A stretch of DNA of 64,000 nucleotides, taken from positions 676,216 through 740,215 of the forward strand of contig NW_003314338.1 in NCBI RefSeq assembly GCF_000143415.4, in the 5' to 3' direction. Under the pieces are notes generated by a model that had not been told where the DNA came from, searched no databases, and worked only from the letters and a program-made list of their open reading frames with translations. Source of the stretch: Selaginella moellendorffii. Its lineage: Eukaryota; Plantae; Lycopodiophyta. Position numbers and translations under genes: made by a program. This document shows, piece after piece, positions 49,160 through 62,836 of the stretch. The stretch's first letter is position 1, and every line of letters begins with the position of its first letter.

Positions 49160-52100
49160 CTTTTCGGAGGCGCTCTACTCCCCCCGAGTGATTTACTCGT
49201 TACGTTTCGCTCTATAAGGTGTTGCTAGCGCTAGAGCTGTACAGGGAAGCTTGGTTTTGGACGCCTTTTGAGACCGGAAATGATACCAAAGCCAGGAAAG
49301 TTTTTTGGTACTTGAGTCTACTTTTTTTTTTTTTTTCCCTTTTGTCAACCCTTTCACAGGTACTGTCTTCTCTGTAAGCACAGGACCAGGACATCGTCTA
49401 TCGTACGCTTCTTTTTTAATCTCTTGACATGGTTATGACAACCCATGTTCGATCTCTGTTTAAAGTGGGTCTACAAACACGCCAACTTTGCTGGGTGTAG
49501 AACAGGTAAGCTACACCTGGGATGTCCTTACTGCTCTATCGGGCAAGGTGATCGAAACATTTGGTAAATCCTGGACAGATGGCTTGGCTCGACAATTTCA
49601 CTTTAGATCTTTGGTTTTCTAGCTAGCTGACAGGGTACTAGATGCGCAATGCCTCCTCGATTGAATGCTTGGCGCTATGAAACTAGACCGAGAACGGGAA
49701 ACCCTGGGTATTGGCTTGAAGCTTACAAGAGAAGCTAGTCCAGGCCGATGGCCCCAGATGGATATCTAGATCCAAAGAAGATAAATTAATATAAATATAC
49801 AATATTTATATGACACTAGAAAGCTATGAATTGAAAGTAATAAAATCATAACATGATAAATCAAAACAGTAAACAGAGAAATTATTACAGTAGCTGTTAA
49901 AATACAGTTTTAGAAATGATAGATAAACAGTATTATTTTAGAGCGTAAAAAGTAGCAACTATTTCAATAATATTAATCTTATAAAATATAATTAGACCTA
50001 AATTTATTAACAATATTAGTAATAAGTCCTTTTCTAATCTTCTTTTTCATTTAAATGTATAATTAAATATTCTAGAATATCCTATTTGAAATGAGTTTAT
50101 CCTGTCTAAAACTAGATAAATAAATAAACTAATGGAAAACATAACTTTATTATTTCTAAATAAGAACAAAGCCTCTGAAATTCAATTTTTTTTCAAGTCT
50201 GCAACATCTATATAATTAAATGTTTCACATCACCCTACAAGAAAATAAAGTACAAAAGAGTAGTATCAATTGAAGAACCCATGATGAATACATGATAGGA
50301 AAAACAATTGAGGGTGATAGTTTGTATGTATAAAGGGCACATTTAACTTCCAAAAGAAAGGAGAGACCCCACAACCCACCCAGGGCAGAGAACATTGAGT
50401 GCTGGTCTACCTAAAGTGAGGCAAAATACCCTTAGTTCAGCATGCTCAAATATTCTTTAGGTAAATTGTTTCCAAGTTTGTACCAGACTTCCAAAAAGAA
50501 GCCCCTTGTACAATTTACATTGTACATTAGATGGAGTATTGCAAGTTGGTGCATATGCATTTAGTTTATCCTTATGTTTTGTTCTTTTTGGAAAATTACA
50601 TCTGGTTTTTATTTTCCCAAGTTGTGCACTACATTTGTTTTCTGATTTTAAATTCCTTGTTTTTTTCCATTACTTTATCATTTTTGCAGGCATGTCATGT
50701 GCTCCTCTTAAAAGCTGGGCAGAATACTCTCTTTCCTGTTTTGCTTTGAAGGTCTTGGGAGTGTGATGTTGTAACCACCTTGCTTAGAGCAGGCTTGCTC
50801 TCCTTTTTGCCCCCTCCAAACATTTTTATTAGACTAGCCAACAAAGGGGTATCTGTCTTTTGGATTTCAACTTGCAAAATGCCAAGCTCCACTGATTTAG
50901 TTGGAATATGATAGCCCACGAGGCACCATGAGGGAGTGAGGTAATTTTTAGGTCCCATGCTCCTCAATCGGGCACACGTGGATGGAAACAAGTTAGTCAC
51001 CAAACAAGCTTTGTTATGGACTATATCTCAAAGTCTCTCCTTCAAGGAGAATACTCTGTTTTGGACCAAATCTCAAGGTCTCCTTAAGGATGATAATGAC
51101 ATTGTTTTCATCCTAGCAGCAGCAGCTACCATGTTTGAGACTGGATCCTTTTGGAAAGATCTCATTGAATTTGCTCTCTAATCACAGGTAAAGTGAATCA
51201 AATTCTACACATGGGGACAGATCGTGTCATTGAATGTGCTCTCTAATCGCAGGTTAAGTGAATGTAATCCTACACACGTCTCGTGAGGAAAGGTTCAGCT
51301 TTTTCTTTGCTTTTGTCGAAATGGGTGACAGATCATGTCGTTCTTTACAAGATCAATGGTTATCAAGCCGAGAAAGTTAGAAAAGATTAAATGGAAAGAG
51401 TTTTCAAATGTAGAAGTTGAGACGAATTGGAAAGCCCAGTGATTGGAACAACACACTGAAAGAGAGAAAGGAGGAATCTATCAACATCCAAGGTATATGG
51501 TCAAGGACCTCACAATGGATGTGTAATATGTGTAGTTCTAACTGTATGGTTATGGATGACATGACACCCTCCAGCAAAAAAATAATAATTTTCTAATTTT
51601 TTGGCTGACTTTTGCGATAGTAAAGGAGAAAAACACTAGTGGTGGTGGATGACTGCGGCGTAGTGCGGCATGCCGCGGCATGCCGCGGCGACCGCTGCGG
51701 CATAGCTCATTCCCTTATCCACGGAGAAGAGAGAAGAATGGAGTTTTCACACTGTGGCGCAATGAAAGAAAGACCCTCGCAGCTCTTTCTTTGGCTCTTT
51801 TTCTTCTCGGCTTTTCAGGGATTAGGGAAGGCATGTTGAGAGCGCGAATGCGGCGGCGCGCGCCATCGCTGCGGTTAGAGCGCTCCAGGGCGTAGACCGG
51901 GTAGGGAAACAGGGTTTCGATGCCGGCGCCAGGCGATCTTGGCGGTGTTTGGTCGGATCTAGCGATATTTCGGGGTGGAATCGGCTTCTTGGCTCCCAGG
52001 TTCTCGGCAGTGGCCTCGCATTGCGGTCTGTGATGCTCCGGCCGGCCAGCAATCCAGATTAGGGGAAAGAGGAGAGGAAGGAATGCACGGCGATGGAAGC

Positions 52101-52297
52101 GCCGGGAATGCTGAGCATTGGAAGGATCTGGAGTGACGAGGAGCGATAAGCGCAGCTCTCTTTATTCCACTGTTTGGGGAAAAGCTGTGGCATATTCGCG
52201 TAGATCTATATCGGCCGCCAGGAGCAATTTGGCCTGCGAGCTGGGGGACAAGGAGGACAATGACTCAACTCCAACGAACAGGATCGAGATAGGAACA

Positions 52298-55200
52298 ATG
52301 TGTCAAGTTCCAGCCGCGAAGGAGATTTTCAGTCGCTCTTCGATGGATAGCTGCGGCAAACGGGGTGGCAAGGAATTGCCCAATGGGACCAGCTCCGCCA
52401 CCACCAGCACCAGCACCAGCACCAGCACGACCACGAACGCCGCCGCCGCCGGGGGCAATCAAGGAAGGCTGGCTGTCAAGTGGTGGGTGCCTCCAGCGAG
52501 CTCTCGCAGCTCGGGATCCAAGAGCAAAGGGCAGAAGATCGGTGAGAAGTGGTATGGAACGCTACTACTTTTGTGGCTGCTCGGGGGGATTTGCGTCTCT
52601 ATCTGGGTGTACAGGTCCATGAACGCTGGGAACATCAGGCGCCACAGGGAGCTGCTTGACAACATGTGTGACGAGCGAGCGTGGATGCTCCAGGATCAAT
52701 TCACAGCGAGTATGAACCACGTTAAGGCACTGGCTGCGCTCCTCCGGACATTTCATCTGGGAAAGCAGCCGTCGGTGCTCGACCAGGTTCGTTCTCTTTC
52801 CATTTTTTTTTTCCTCCGCACTTTTTTCTCTAGCTTACTTCTTTTTTCCCTTTCTATAGGAGACATTTGCTGTCTACACGAAGCGGACGGAATTCGAGAG
52901 GCCGTTGATGACTGGGGTGGCGTATGCCCAGCGCCTGTTTCACTCGGAGCGGGAGGCCTTTGAGAGGCGCTATGGCTGGGAGATCAAGACAATGACAACC
53001 AAAAAAGTCCAGAGTCCCCAAGCAGAGTACGCGCCAGCCGTTTTTACGCAGAACAGCTTGTCTTATCTAGAGTCCCTCGACATGCTGTCCGGGAAGGCAA
53101 GTGCTCCCTTGTTTTGTTTTAGCTTCTCACACGCGGAGCTGCAGGAAGACTGTGACAACATATTGCGGGCTAGATCATCCGGGAAAGGAGTTTTGACGAC
53201 TCCAATGAGACTTCTCGAGTCTAACCACCTAGGCATCGTGGTGACTTTCACCGTCTATAAGGAGGATCTGCCCGAAGACGCTTCGGAGGAAGAACGAATT
53301 GCTGCAAGTGCCGGGTACTGCTGATTCTGATTGCTTTATAGCATGTGGTGTCTGATATACTTTTACCATGCAGCTATGTCGGTGGTGCATTCGACTTCGA
53401 ATTGCTTGTGACAAACTTGCTAAAGCAACTTGCCGGTAGTCAATCAATCATCGTGAATGTCTATGACGTGACGAACGAATCTAAGCCTCTACTTATGTAT
53501 GGCCCCGATGCTTACTTGGAAGGGCGTGACGTCCATGTGACGGAACTAGACTTTCGGGATCCTGCAAGAAAGCATGAAATTCGCTGCAGGTAAAAGAGCT
53601 TACCATGGCTTTTCTACGGATTGACAGATGCTGTTACTTTTCAGGTTTCACAATCCCCTTCCGATTTCATGGTCGGCTATCACAACTTCAGTGGGAATAT
53701 TGGTGATCGTGTTTTTGGTGGGTCATATATTGCACGCAGCAATAAATAGGATACAGAAAGTTGAGGAAGATTATCGACGTATGGAAGATTTGAAAGTACT
53801 GGCTGAGTCTGCTGATATTGCAAAATCTCAGGTATGATTGTATGGCATCTATTTGACCTTATATTCAGATGATGACACTTTTTTGTGAAGTTTTTGGCGA
53901 CTGTTTCCCATGAAATTCGCACCCCAATGAATGGAGTACTAGGTAAAGAATTAAATTTTTATGTACATTTTTCTGAAGTTTTGGTGTACACAGGAATGCT
54001 TCAAATGCTTATGGATACAGACCTCGATCCAACACAACGCGACTATGCAGGAACAGCTCACGAAAGCGGGAAGCAGCTCATAAAGCTCATCAACGAGGTT
54101 TTGGACCAAGCCAAGATCGAATCTGGACGAATGGAACTCGAAATGGTTCCTTTCGATTTGAGGACCATTCTTGACGACATTCTTTGCTTGTTTTCAGCCG
54201 AAATCAAGGATAAGGGAATCGAGGTACGCAAGCTTTTCATTTTATATGACAGCCATCCTGAGGCCTTGTTTAATCCAAGTTGGCTGTCTTCGTTTCGGAA
54301 AAAGTACCTGACGTCCTGGTAGGAGATCCTGCTCGCCTACATCAAATTATTACCAACCTTGTTGGCAACTCTGTCAAGGTAAGGAATTGTTTGCGCCGTT
54401 TTCTGCTGTAGTGATGGCTTCTATATGCAGTTCACAGAACGGGGCCACATCTTTGTGTGCGTTCATATGGAAGACGAGTTGACCACAGTCTCAAAAGAGG
54501 AAGGATTCGACTCGTGCAATACGCTGAGTGGCATGAAGGCTGCAGACCCCAGGCTTAGCTGGGACAGTTTTAAGAGTTTGGTTGGCGGGCTTGAGGATAG
54601 AAACTGTGGCGAGCTTACGGATGTCAGGATCGTGTTCAACGTTGAAGACACAGGGGTGGGGATTCCGCTTCTTGCACAGGATCGTGTTTTCACGCCGTTC
54701 ATGCAAGCTGACAGTTCTACTTCGAGGAATTATGGTGGCACTGGGATAGGATTGAGCATAAGCAAGTGCTTGGTGGAGTTGATGCAAGGCAGCATGGACT
54801 TTGTCAGCCAACCTGGTATCGGAGCTACATTCAGATTCTCGGTAGTGTTCAAAAGAGGGGAAATGAAAATGCCGGAGGCCAGATACCCGCATATAAGTCC
54901 AAAGCATTCTCAGATGGCGCGGCTGACGCCGTGCTTGAAGAATATGCGGGCACTTGTTGTTGACGGGAGGCCTGTAAGGTCACAGATAACGAGATACCAC
55001 TTGCAAAGACTGGGAATGCAAGTTGAAGTCGTAAATGATATACCGGCAGCTTTGTCTGGGGGTGCGAACTCAAGGTAAGATACTCGGTGGTTGTTTGCTT
55101 TTGTCCAAACACTGACGGATGCTCTTGTTTTGTAGAAGCCTTGATATGGTGCTTGTCGACAAAGACTCCTGGGGGCCGGGTTCCGGACTCGTGGTTCCTC

Positions 55201-55914
55201 AAAAGTTGAAGGACGCGGGAGGAAGGTTTAAGAATGCGAAGTTTATCCTACTTGCGGGTTCGGCGATTGATAACGAGCCTCTGAAAACTGCTCCGTCCGG
55301 CTTCATTGCTACACATCACAAACCTGTCCGAGCAAGCTCTTTTGCAACTTTCCTGGAGAAAGTTTTCGGCTTTGGCAGTAAAAGATTGAACGGCAGGGAG
55401 ATTTCGCAGGGGTCGAGGTTGCACAGTCTCTTATCTGGGAAGCAGATATTAGTGGTTGATGACAATAAAGTCAACAGGCGAGTTGCTGCCGGTGCTCTCA
55501 CCAAGTATGGTGCTCGCGTTGAATGTGTCGAGAGTGGCAAAGCAGCGATTGCAAGACTTCAGCCATCCCACGAGTTTGACGCATGCTTTATGGACGTCCA
55601 AATGCCCGAGATGGACGGGTGGGTAGTATTTCATTTTCCTGTTTGTCGTAAATGACGTCTTGTGTCCTTTACTCTTGTGCAGCTTTGAAGCAACTAGAAA
55701 GATTCGGGAAGCTGAGGGACACGATTGCAAGTGTCGCCTCCCTATTCTGGCAATGACAGCGGACCTCATCCAGGCCACCCGGGACGAATGCACCAAGTGT
55801 GGTATGGATGGTTACGTATCGAAACCGTTTGAAGAGGAGCAGCTTTACAAGGCCGTCGCCAAGTACTTCGAGTCTTCGGCAAAACCGAATGATCTCAAAG
55901 GCAAAAGCGAATGA
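52298..55914 (+). CDS. CHASE-domain hybrid histidine kinase (AHK/CRE1-type cytokinin receptor), multi-exon
   Basis: TM helix followed by MCDERAWMLQDQF (CHASE), FLATVSHEIRTPMNGVLGML, VEDTGVGIP...FMQADSSTSRNYGGTGIGLSISKCLV and receiver FDACFMDVQMPEMDG. Start codon uncertain; one GC-AG intron (~53097). Confidence 0.93.
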
Positions 55915-56393
55915 TCTCAAAGGGCCTTGAGGTGCAGCAGGCTTTGGAGGAAAGCTAATGATTTTGACGCCATACCGGGCGACAGGGTGGAGGTAAAAAG
56001 TGTGAGCACTCCCACTGGAATGAATCTAATCGTTCGTTTACAGAATCTCCTCGGGTAGTTTCCTGCTCTGGAGCAGGATACTCGAAGCGATGACAACATC
56101 AAGGTGAAGTCTAGGGATTTGTATATTCTATTGACGTGATTTCCAGTGCACAACCAAAGAACTGTAGGGAATGCACTGAGGCAGCAATTGCGCGAGTGTA
56201 TATACTCCAATAACATACCGGTTTTGGCGTCTCAATTCTCGTCTAGTTCTACACAGGAAGTGGGCTTCAAAGCTGTTCGAGTACTCTGTACACCAAGACT
56301 CAAGTTTGACGACTCTACCTGACCCGCAAGCAACAGGTACCCACTGTGATCTAGAAAATACTTCGCAGCTTGAACAGCTTGAGAAACCTGACT

Positions 56394-57060
56394 CTAGCTC
56401 TTAAAGGCTCCCAGCAAGCACGTCCATTCCAGAGCAGTGGGAACGATGGTGGAGAGAAGCTCTTGTGCATCACTCGGATGTCCGGCACGGCAGGAGAGGT
56501 CGAGCATGCAGCAGTAGTGGTGCTTGTTGGGCGACACTCCAAAGTCCACGCTCACCGACCCAAAATGGTCTCTGTCGTGAAGCAACATCCCTTCGTAACT
56601 ACAGAACAGAACTGAAGTTGATATCATCCGGCAGCTCGGCAACTTTGAGCTCGGCAAAGAGATCAAAAGCTTCGGTGGTGTGGCCATTTTGGGCGTAGGC
56701 AGCGAGCAGGGAATTCCAGGAACAGATACGAGGCTCGGGTGCCCAGCAGAAGTTCTGTGCAGCAAGGCCGAGGTGGCCGTTCCGAGCATCCGTCACGGCA
56801 GTCCACAAGACAAAAATCTCCGGCATTGGAAGAAGCAGACGTACGCCGAGAGCATCGCGTTCCAGCTGGTGGAGTCCCGCTGCGGCATTCCATCGAAGAT
56901 TTCCCGGGAGAGAACGAGCCCAAGCTTGCGTTAAAGAATGCTAGCTCAAGATGTGGGCATATGCTCCAAGCATGGGGATCGTTGTGGCATATTCTCTAGC
57001 ATATTTCTAGCTTCAATGCACAATCATCACTCTCCACGAGCTGGAGTTGCCATGAAAAGC
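56394..57060 (-). pseudogene. PLS-E PPR pseudogene
   Basis: PPR motifs split across frames (CSWNSLLAAYAQNGHTTEAFDLF; HHYCCMLDLSCRAGH...WTCLLGAFKS). Confidence 0.8.
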
Positions 57061-58764
57061 ATATTCCGTGCTGCCACTCATTCCACGAGGACGGCAGGTC
57101 TTTTGATCGGCATGGTATGAGATGCCTCTATTTTGTTGTCCACTGGATTTTATGGGATAGAGGATCTAATCAAGCAGCAGAATGGCTGGGTGATTGATTT
57201 GGTGGCAAGAGGCATCACTAGGAATATGATTAAGCATGGGACTTGCTCTCACTTGCTGCAACCAAGGTTGACCATTGAACGCAAAGGCATTTGTATTGTC
57301 ACATTTAGTCGGAATGTGGGCAAGTAACAAATTGAGTAAAAACAAAATAATAACATTGGTCCTTTGTTCTGTATTTTGTTCTTTCTGACTATATTTATAT
57401 AAAATCAGGTGTAATAACTAAATTTATGGGCTATTTTATTTTTTTTCTTTGGCTCCCCTTTAATCTGAAAAATTTTGTAGGCTAAAATTTCACTGTAGTT
57501 TCAATTTTAACATTTAATTATTCTTTCAGGTAAAAGTTAAATGAGATTTTATTGATACTTTTGATATTGAAACAATGAAACTTGAATAATTTAATGATTC
57601 AAATGAAAGCTGAAGTTGGCAATTTGAAGTAATTTATGAGCCTTTCAAAGATAAAATATCAACTATTATTCTTAATCATTGTGTTGGTAATAATAATGGA
57701 AAGATGGTAAAAGGAGTGATTTTCACATATCATGTCATACTGTAACAATAAGTATAACTCTTGCTAATAAAGTAAAATTATATGCAATTTATCTTAAATT
57801 TGATGGAAATGAGAATTTCTAAAAATTCATTCTAAATGATATTATATTAAATCAAAATAGCTATGTTAAATTTGAAAATTAATATAAAATAAGACTTTTT
57901 ATCTGACTAGTCCAAAAAATATTAAAATTATCAAAACATTTATTCATCTTCGTAACTAATGAGTAGTTCTTTAATATGGGAAATTTGAAAATAAAAATAT
58001 AAACATATTTATATTACTATATTTTTAGTAAAATAATTTAATAATGATAAAATCCAACATCTTTATATTTTACATACATTCAACATTTTTCTGATTTAAT
58101 TCTATTCAATGCTTAAATTCTATTTTTCCTTTATGATGAGATACATAAAATGTTTCTTTCATATTTAAGTTTTATATATAGAGTATTAACTTAATTTTGA
58201 ATTACCTTTAACTGTTAGGGGATAGATATTTTATATATTACATATATAAAAACTTTATTCACTAAGAAAAGGAAAATAATTTTAAATTATTTTTAGTATG
58301 GATATTTTTTAATTTCTTGACATGAATTTATACATTTTATTATATTTAATCATAAAAAAAGTGAGATGAAAAACAATTATATTAAATGACAGAATTAAAA
58401 TTTATAATGGTTTATACATCAATTCACTTGTTTAAATACAAGAAAAGATTTATTTAATATTATTTAATTTAATTTATAATTAGAAGAGATAATAAAATTT
58501 TCTCAAAAAAGAGTATTTCAATTTTTATATACTTAAAACAACTTGTACTAAAAAGAAATAAACTAGTGATATTAAACTGGGAATAAAAATGTTTTTGATT
58601 GAAAATATATTAAACACTTACACCATCAATAAAACTTTATAATATTTTGAATTAAAATTCTGTAAACTATGTATGTTCGAAATAATTAAAAATTTACCCC
58701 TTACCATCAATTTAAATACTAATAACAATTTGAATAAATGAACTTATCTACATATATTAATTAG

Positions 58765-61700
58765 TGTGAGGTCCATACCACATACTATTATTAGCATAAT
58801 AGGATTTTAATAGGTGTCTGATTAATTTCAATCTAAACCACTTGCTTCTAAAGGTTTTGGGCAAATTGAATATACACATTTCTATATTCCATACACTCAC
58901 ATTGGTAAAAATAAGGGATTATTACCAAAGAGTGCTTGAATTTGTGTTTTTGGTTTAGACCTAACTTTTATATTATTTAGAGTTCTTTCTTTTTCATTTC
59001 TTCCTTTTCACTTTTTTTAAAAATTTTCATTCAACTTCTTGGTAGAACATTATACCCTTTGCAATAGCCTCTTTTTCCTCCTCTTCTAATTCTAGAACAA
59101 CAATTGGTGTAATTCTTTAATATTATTTAGTTATAATTGATCTATTAAATTTAGTTGCATATGGCGGAATTTCTTCCATAGGATTTCTAAGGATGACATA
59201 TGTTATTGGTTCAATAATTTTATAGTGATTGCCACATGTCATTCTGAGGATGATACTTGGCATCTGAATGAGTTTCTTATATATTTCTAAGAGATGATAT
59301 TGCAATGGTATAATGGTTTAAACACAACCACTTATGTAAATTAGAGTCTTCTATTAGCTACCATTGTACCATTGTAATGTTGTCTTTTTGGAGACATATG
59401 GGAAACTCACATATGTCCAATATCATCTCAAAAATGATAAGTGGCAATCATTATAAAATAATTGAACCAATAATACACATCATCTTTAGAATTAGGATTC
59501 CAATTTGAGTTTGCCTTCCAGCAATTGCATCATCCCAATCGAAGGTTGTTAAGTCAATTATGCAATTTAGTGTTTGATTCTAGAGTCTCTTACTTTATGT
59601 AAAGTGAAAATATATTACAACAGATTAAGTTAAGTATGTTATGGTTAACATTTTATGAAAATCTTGTAGGACTTATATATGCACTTGCCCCAGCCAACCT
59701 AAGGGTTCACTTTGCATTCGTTCATTTAGTATTCACTTTCTAAATTTAGTTTTATAACAAGAGGTCTTTATTATCCTCTTCGTATTAGCTGACATGGGTT
59801 TGAAATTATCTTCTATTGCTCATCTTATTGCCATACATTACCATCTATATTTGCATTATGTAGTAGAATCAATGTTCATTCTTTATGGCAACAATTATGC
59901 ACATGTGTGTATACAAGATGAGGTGCCTTATTGTGAATATGGGTGATCTTGAATTTGAGCTTCAATCATTACAAGTGTTGCCAAGTTAGAGTTTTAACCT
60001 CATCTTTAATATAGATTAGTTACACCCTAATCATGCTAAATGTGACTTTGAGGCTTTTCCCCCTTATTTCATATTTTTTTATATTTCTTCCATTCCTTTC
60101 ATTTTTATATTTTTACCTTTGTTTCCATCATTTTTATCTCCCCAAAACTTCCTACTGTGTTTCTTTTTCATTCTTCTATTTCCTTTCCAAATACTTTATA
60201 TAGTCTTTATGTTAAGTGGTTGATTGGTTTAAATAAGAGTATGCTAATCTTTTTGACTTTGATTTGTTATTTAAGATTGCAATGTATCAACCTATTTCAA
60301 TTGAGGATGTTTGTCCGATCAATGTTCTTATTCAATGTCGGTCACCAAAGAAGATTAAGATGGTACAAACAAATTTTTAGAAGATATTAAAGAACTGTGT
60401 TATTTCAAAATCTCAAAGTCCACTACTCTAATGACTTTTTAGCAAATTGTCAAGACCCCCAACAAGATCAAGATTAAAAAATGCAGAAGACAAAGAGAAA
60501 AGCTAGTGGAGATGAAGAAAAAGCTTTAAACTGGCATTGATTCAGATTGTGGAGAAATGGAACAAGGCTAACCTATATATACTATAGGTTGATGAAGCTC
60601 CACCACTCTTGGATCGAGGACAGCCTAAATATAGTTGAGGTTGAAGAGGTGCCATGTCATCATCAGGAATGTGGTTCGAGAATCAGGAATCGTATAGGAA
60701 ATCAAAGAGTCAGGAATAGGGAAATATTTCAAGAGTTAGGAATGTGGTTTGCAGGTCAGGAATCTGGTGAGAGTCAGGAATGTGGCAAGAATTGGGGGAT
60801 TCCTGACACAAATGATGCATGAGGTTCTTTGCGATATGTCAAAACTACCAACTTTATCGATAATGTATTTATCCACTCAAAGGGGATATTGAGAGGAGCA
60901 TATCCATGATGCTTATAAGGTGTTGAATTAGTTGTAGAAAATTAATTTAAAGCTGAAGTGGTAAAAATTTATATTTAGGACCAAAGACATAACTTATTTT
61001 AAATATTGCATTTTTTAGGAAGTTTTGCAAATTGATCCTAACAAACTTGTGGCTGTTTTCTACTATAAAATGTGTTAATAATGTGCAACACGTTCTAGCA
61101 AGGTGTAATATCTTAGTTGTTTTATTGATTATTTTTCTAATTGTATTTCACTATTACAAGTGTTGTTGAAGTTATCAACATTATCTTTGATTTTTTTTGA
61201 GGATTATTAAGGATTTGTAAATCTTAAAGAGATGTTCCTTGAAACTTTAGATATATAACTTCAGGGCTGTTTATCATTTGAGGAGTTTTATAATTTATGT
61301 TGAAGCCCTTTTTCAAGCTCCTCTCCCTTTTTCATTCTCTTTCATATTCTTATTAGTCTAGTATCAATGAATTTTCTAATAAGGATTCTATGCCATTAGC
61401 TGTTGCTATACTTGATATTTAGTGTCCACAAGGTGCAGAACTAAATTTATATTTTCTTAACAAGGTTTATGAGGCTGAAAAGTTTGAGTTATTTTGTATT
61501 AAGTTTGAAAATCCTACATCATTTGCTAATAATTTATTGTTTTGGCTACATTCTTAGTATTATCTTAAGAATTATATTATGAGAACTAATAATTTATGGT
61601 TTGTGGTGCCTTTGACCTTTATTCCACGTTTTCTTTATGTTTAACATAACTTTTCTATTCTAGGGGTGCATATAAGACATTATCATTTGATTGAGGTATT

Positions 61701-62406
61701 TCTATTAGTTTGAGATGCGATGTGAATAGTTTGGTAGATGGTTTATTCAGACCTTCAAAGGGATAATCTTAAAGTTTATAAACTTTTAACATTTGAATTG
61801 AGATGGTTATTTGTCATCTTTTCAGTATGTATTTATCATAGGGTTACTAAGTTATATAGGTGCTTCATCATATAAACACTTATATGCTCATGATCCAATA
61901 TTGCTAACAAATTTAAATTTACCTTTATGATTCCCTGAGACAATAATGGCACTATAACTTTTATTATCATCCACTTGTAAAATACAAAGTGAATGATTTA
62001 ATGTTGATTCATGTTTTCAATCTTACAATATATAATTTGTTTAAGAGGCTTTTTGCTCAATGGATTGAGTGTTATGGCAAGTTGGACCACAAGTTAATGA
62101 GGTTCAATACAATATTCAATAAACTAATCCTCTATAAATTGTGTATATACAACAATTAAAGTGCTTTGTATAAAGGGATTAAGAATAAATTACATCATCT
62201 ACAAATCTATTAATGCCTTCTTTTAATGTTCTTTTTCCAGATTCTAACTTATTAATTAAAGAACATTAATTACCTTCCATGAGGAGAGGATGATATGAGG
62301 TGTTACATACTATTATTAGTATAGTGGGATTTTAATAGTTAATGGATTGGTTTTAATCTGTTCTAGCTAGTCAAATATGTTTATTTTTTTATTTTATACA
62401 CTCACA
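58765..62406 (+). mobile_element. Heavily eroded copy of the same gypsy family as 23930-28955
   Basis: LTR remnants at 58765-58901 and 62294-62406, PBS remnant ttggtaaaaataaggg, PPT gaggagaggatga and flanks ttag/taag. Gag and integrase segments align to the younger copy, with many G>A and C>T changes. Confidence 0.85.
60448..60808. mobile_element. Nested solo LTR of a different family
   Basis: TGTCAAGACCCCCAA ... TTGGGGGATTCCTGACA termini; perfect 5-bp TSD CAAAT (60443-60447, 60809-60813). Confidence 0.85.
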
Positions 62407-62836
62407 TAAGTTTTATTAATCAATTACTTGATATTTTAGTATCAAATATAATTGTAGATTTAAAAAGTTGGAAAATAATTATAATTTTAAAAACCACTAA
62501 TTAATGGAGGTCACATTTACAAGTCTAATCCAATTTGTTCCTCTTTAACTTCTTAAATTGTCCCTGGAAATTCCAAAGTGTTAAACTTATTTTTAAAATG
62601 TTACTTGATGTAAGATGAGCCACCAACCACATCAACAAGCTAAAAGTACAGTAAATGCACAAACAAAACAATGTACACCTTTGTTAATAATAACAGGATT
62701 TTTTGTCTAAATCCTTAGACCTAACTTCTGTTGGGTGAGGCATGAATCTCTTGGAATCTGACAAACTCATTGAGAGATTTGATCTACATAGTTGATGGGA
62801 TTAAATCAAAGGACCTTTCATCATGGATTTTCCTCC

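Noticed and set aside
49400-51330. Coding-looking patches and a ~65-bp tandem duplication between the PITH and kinase genes
   Set aside because: No coherent ORF, splice pattern or recognisable motif.
51654-51702. GC-rich palindromic GCGGCATGCCGC repeats upstream of the histidine kinase
   Set aside because: Too short and low-complexity to assign a regulatory or RNA function from sequence alone.
60660-60808. Repeated TCAGGAAT motif as a CRISPR-like array
   Set aside because: Repeats are only 8-9 bp, irregularly spaced, lie inside a solo LTR in a eukaryotic genome, and no cas genes are present.
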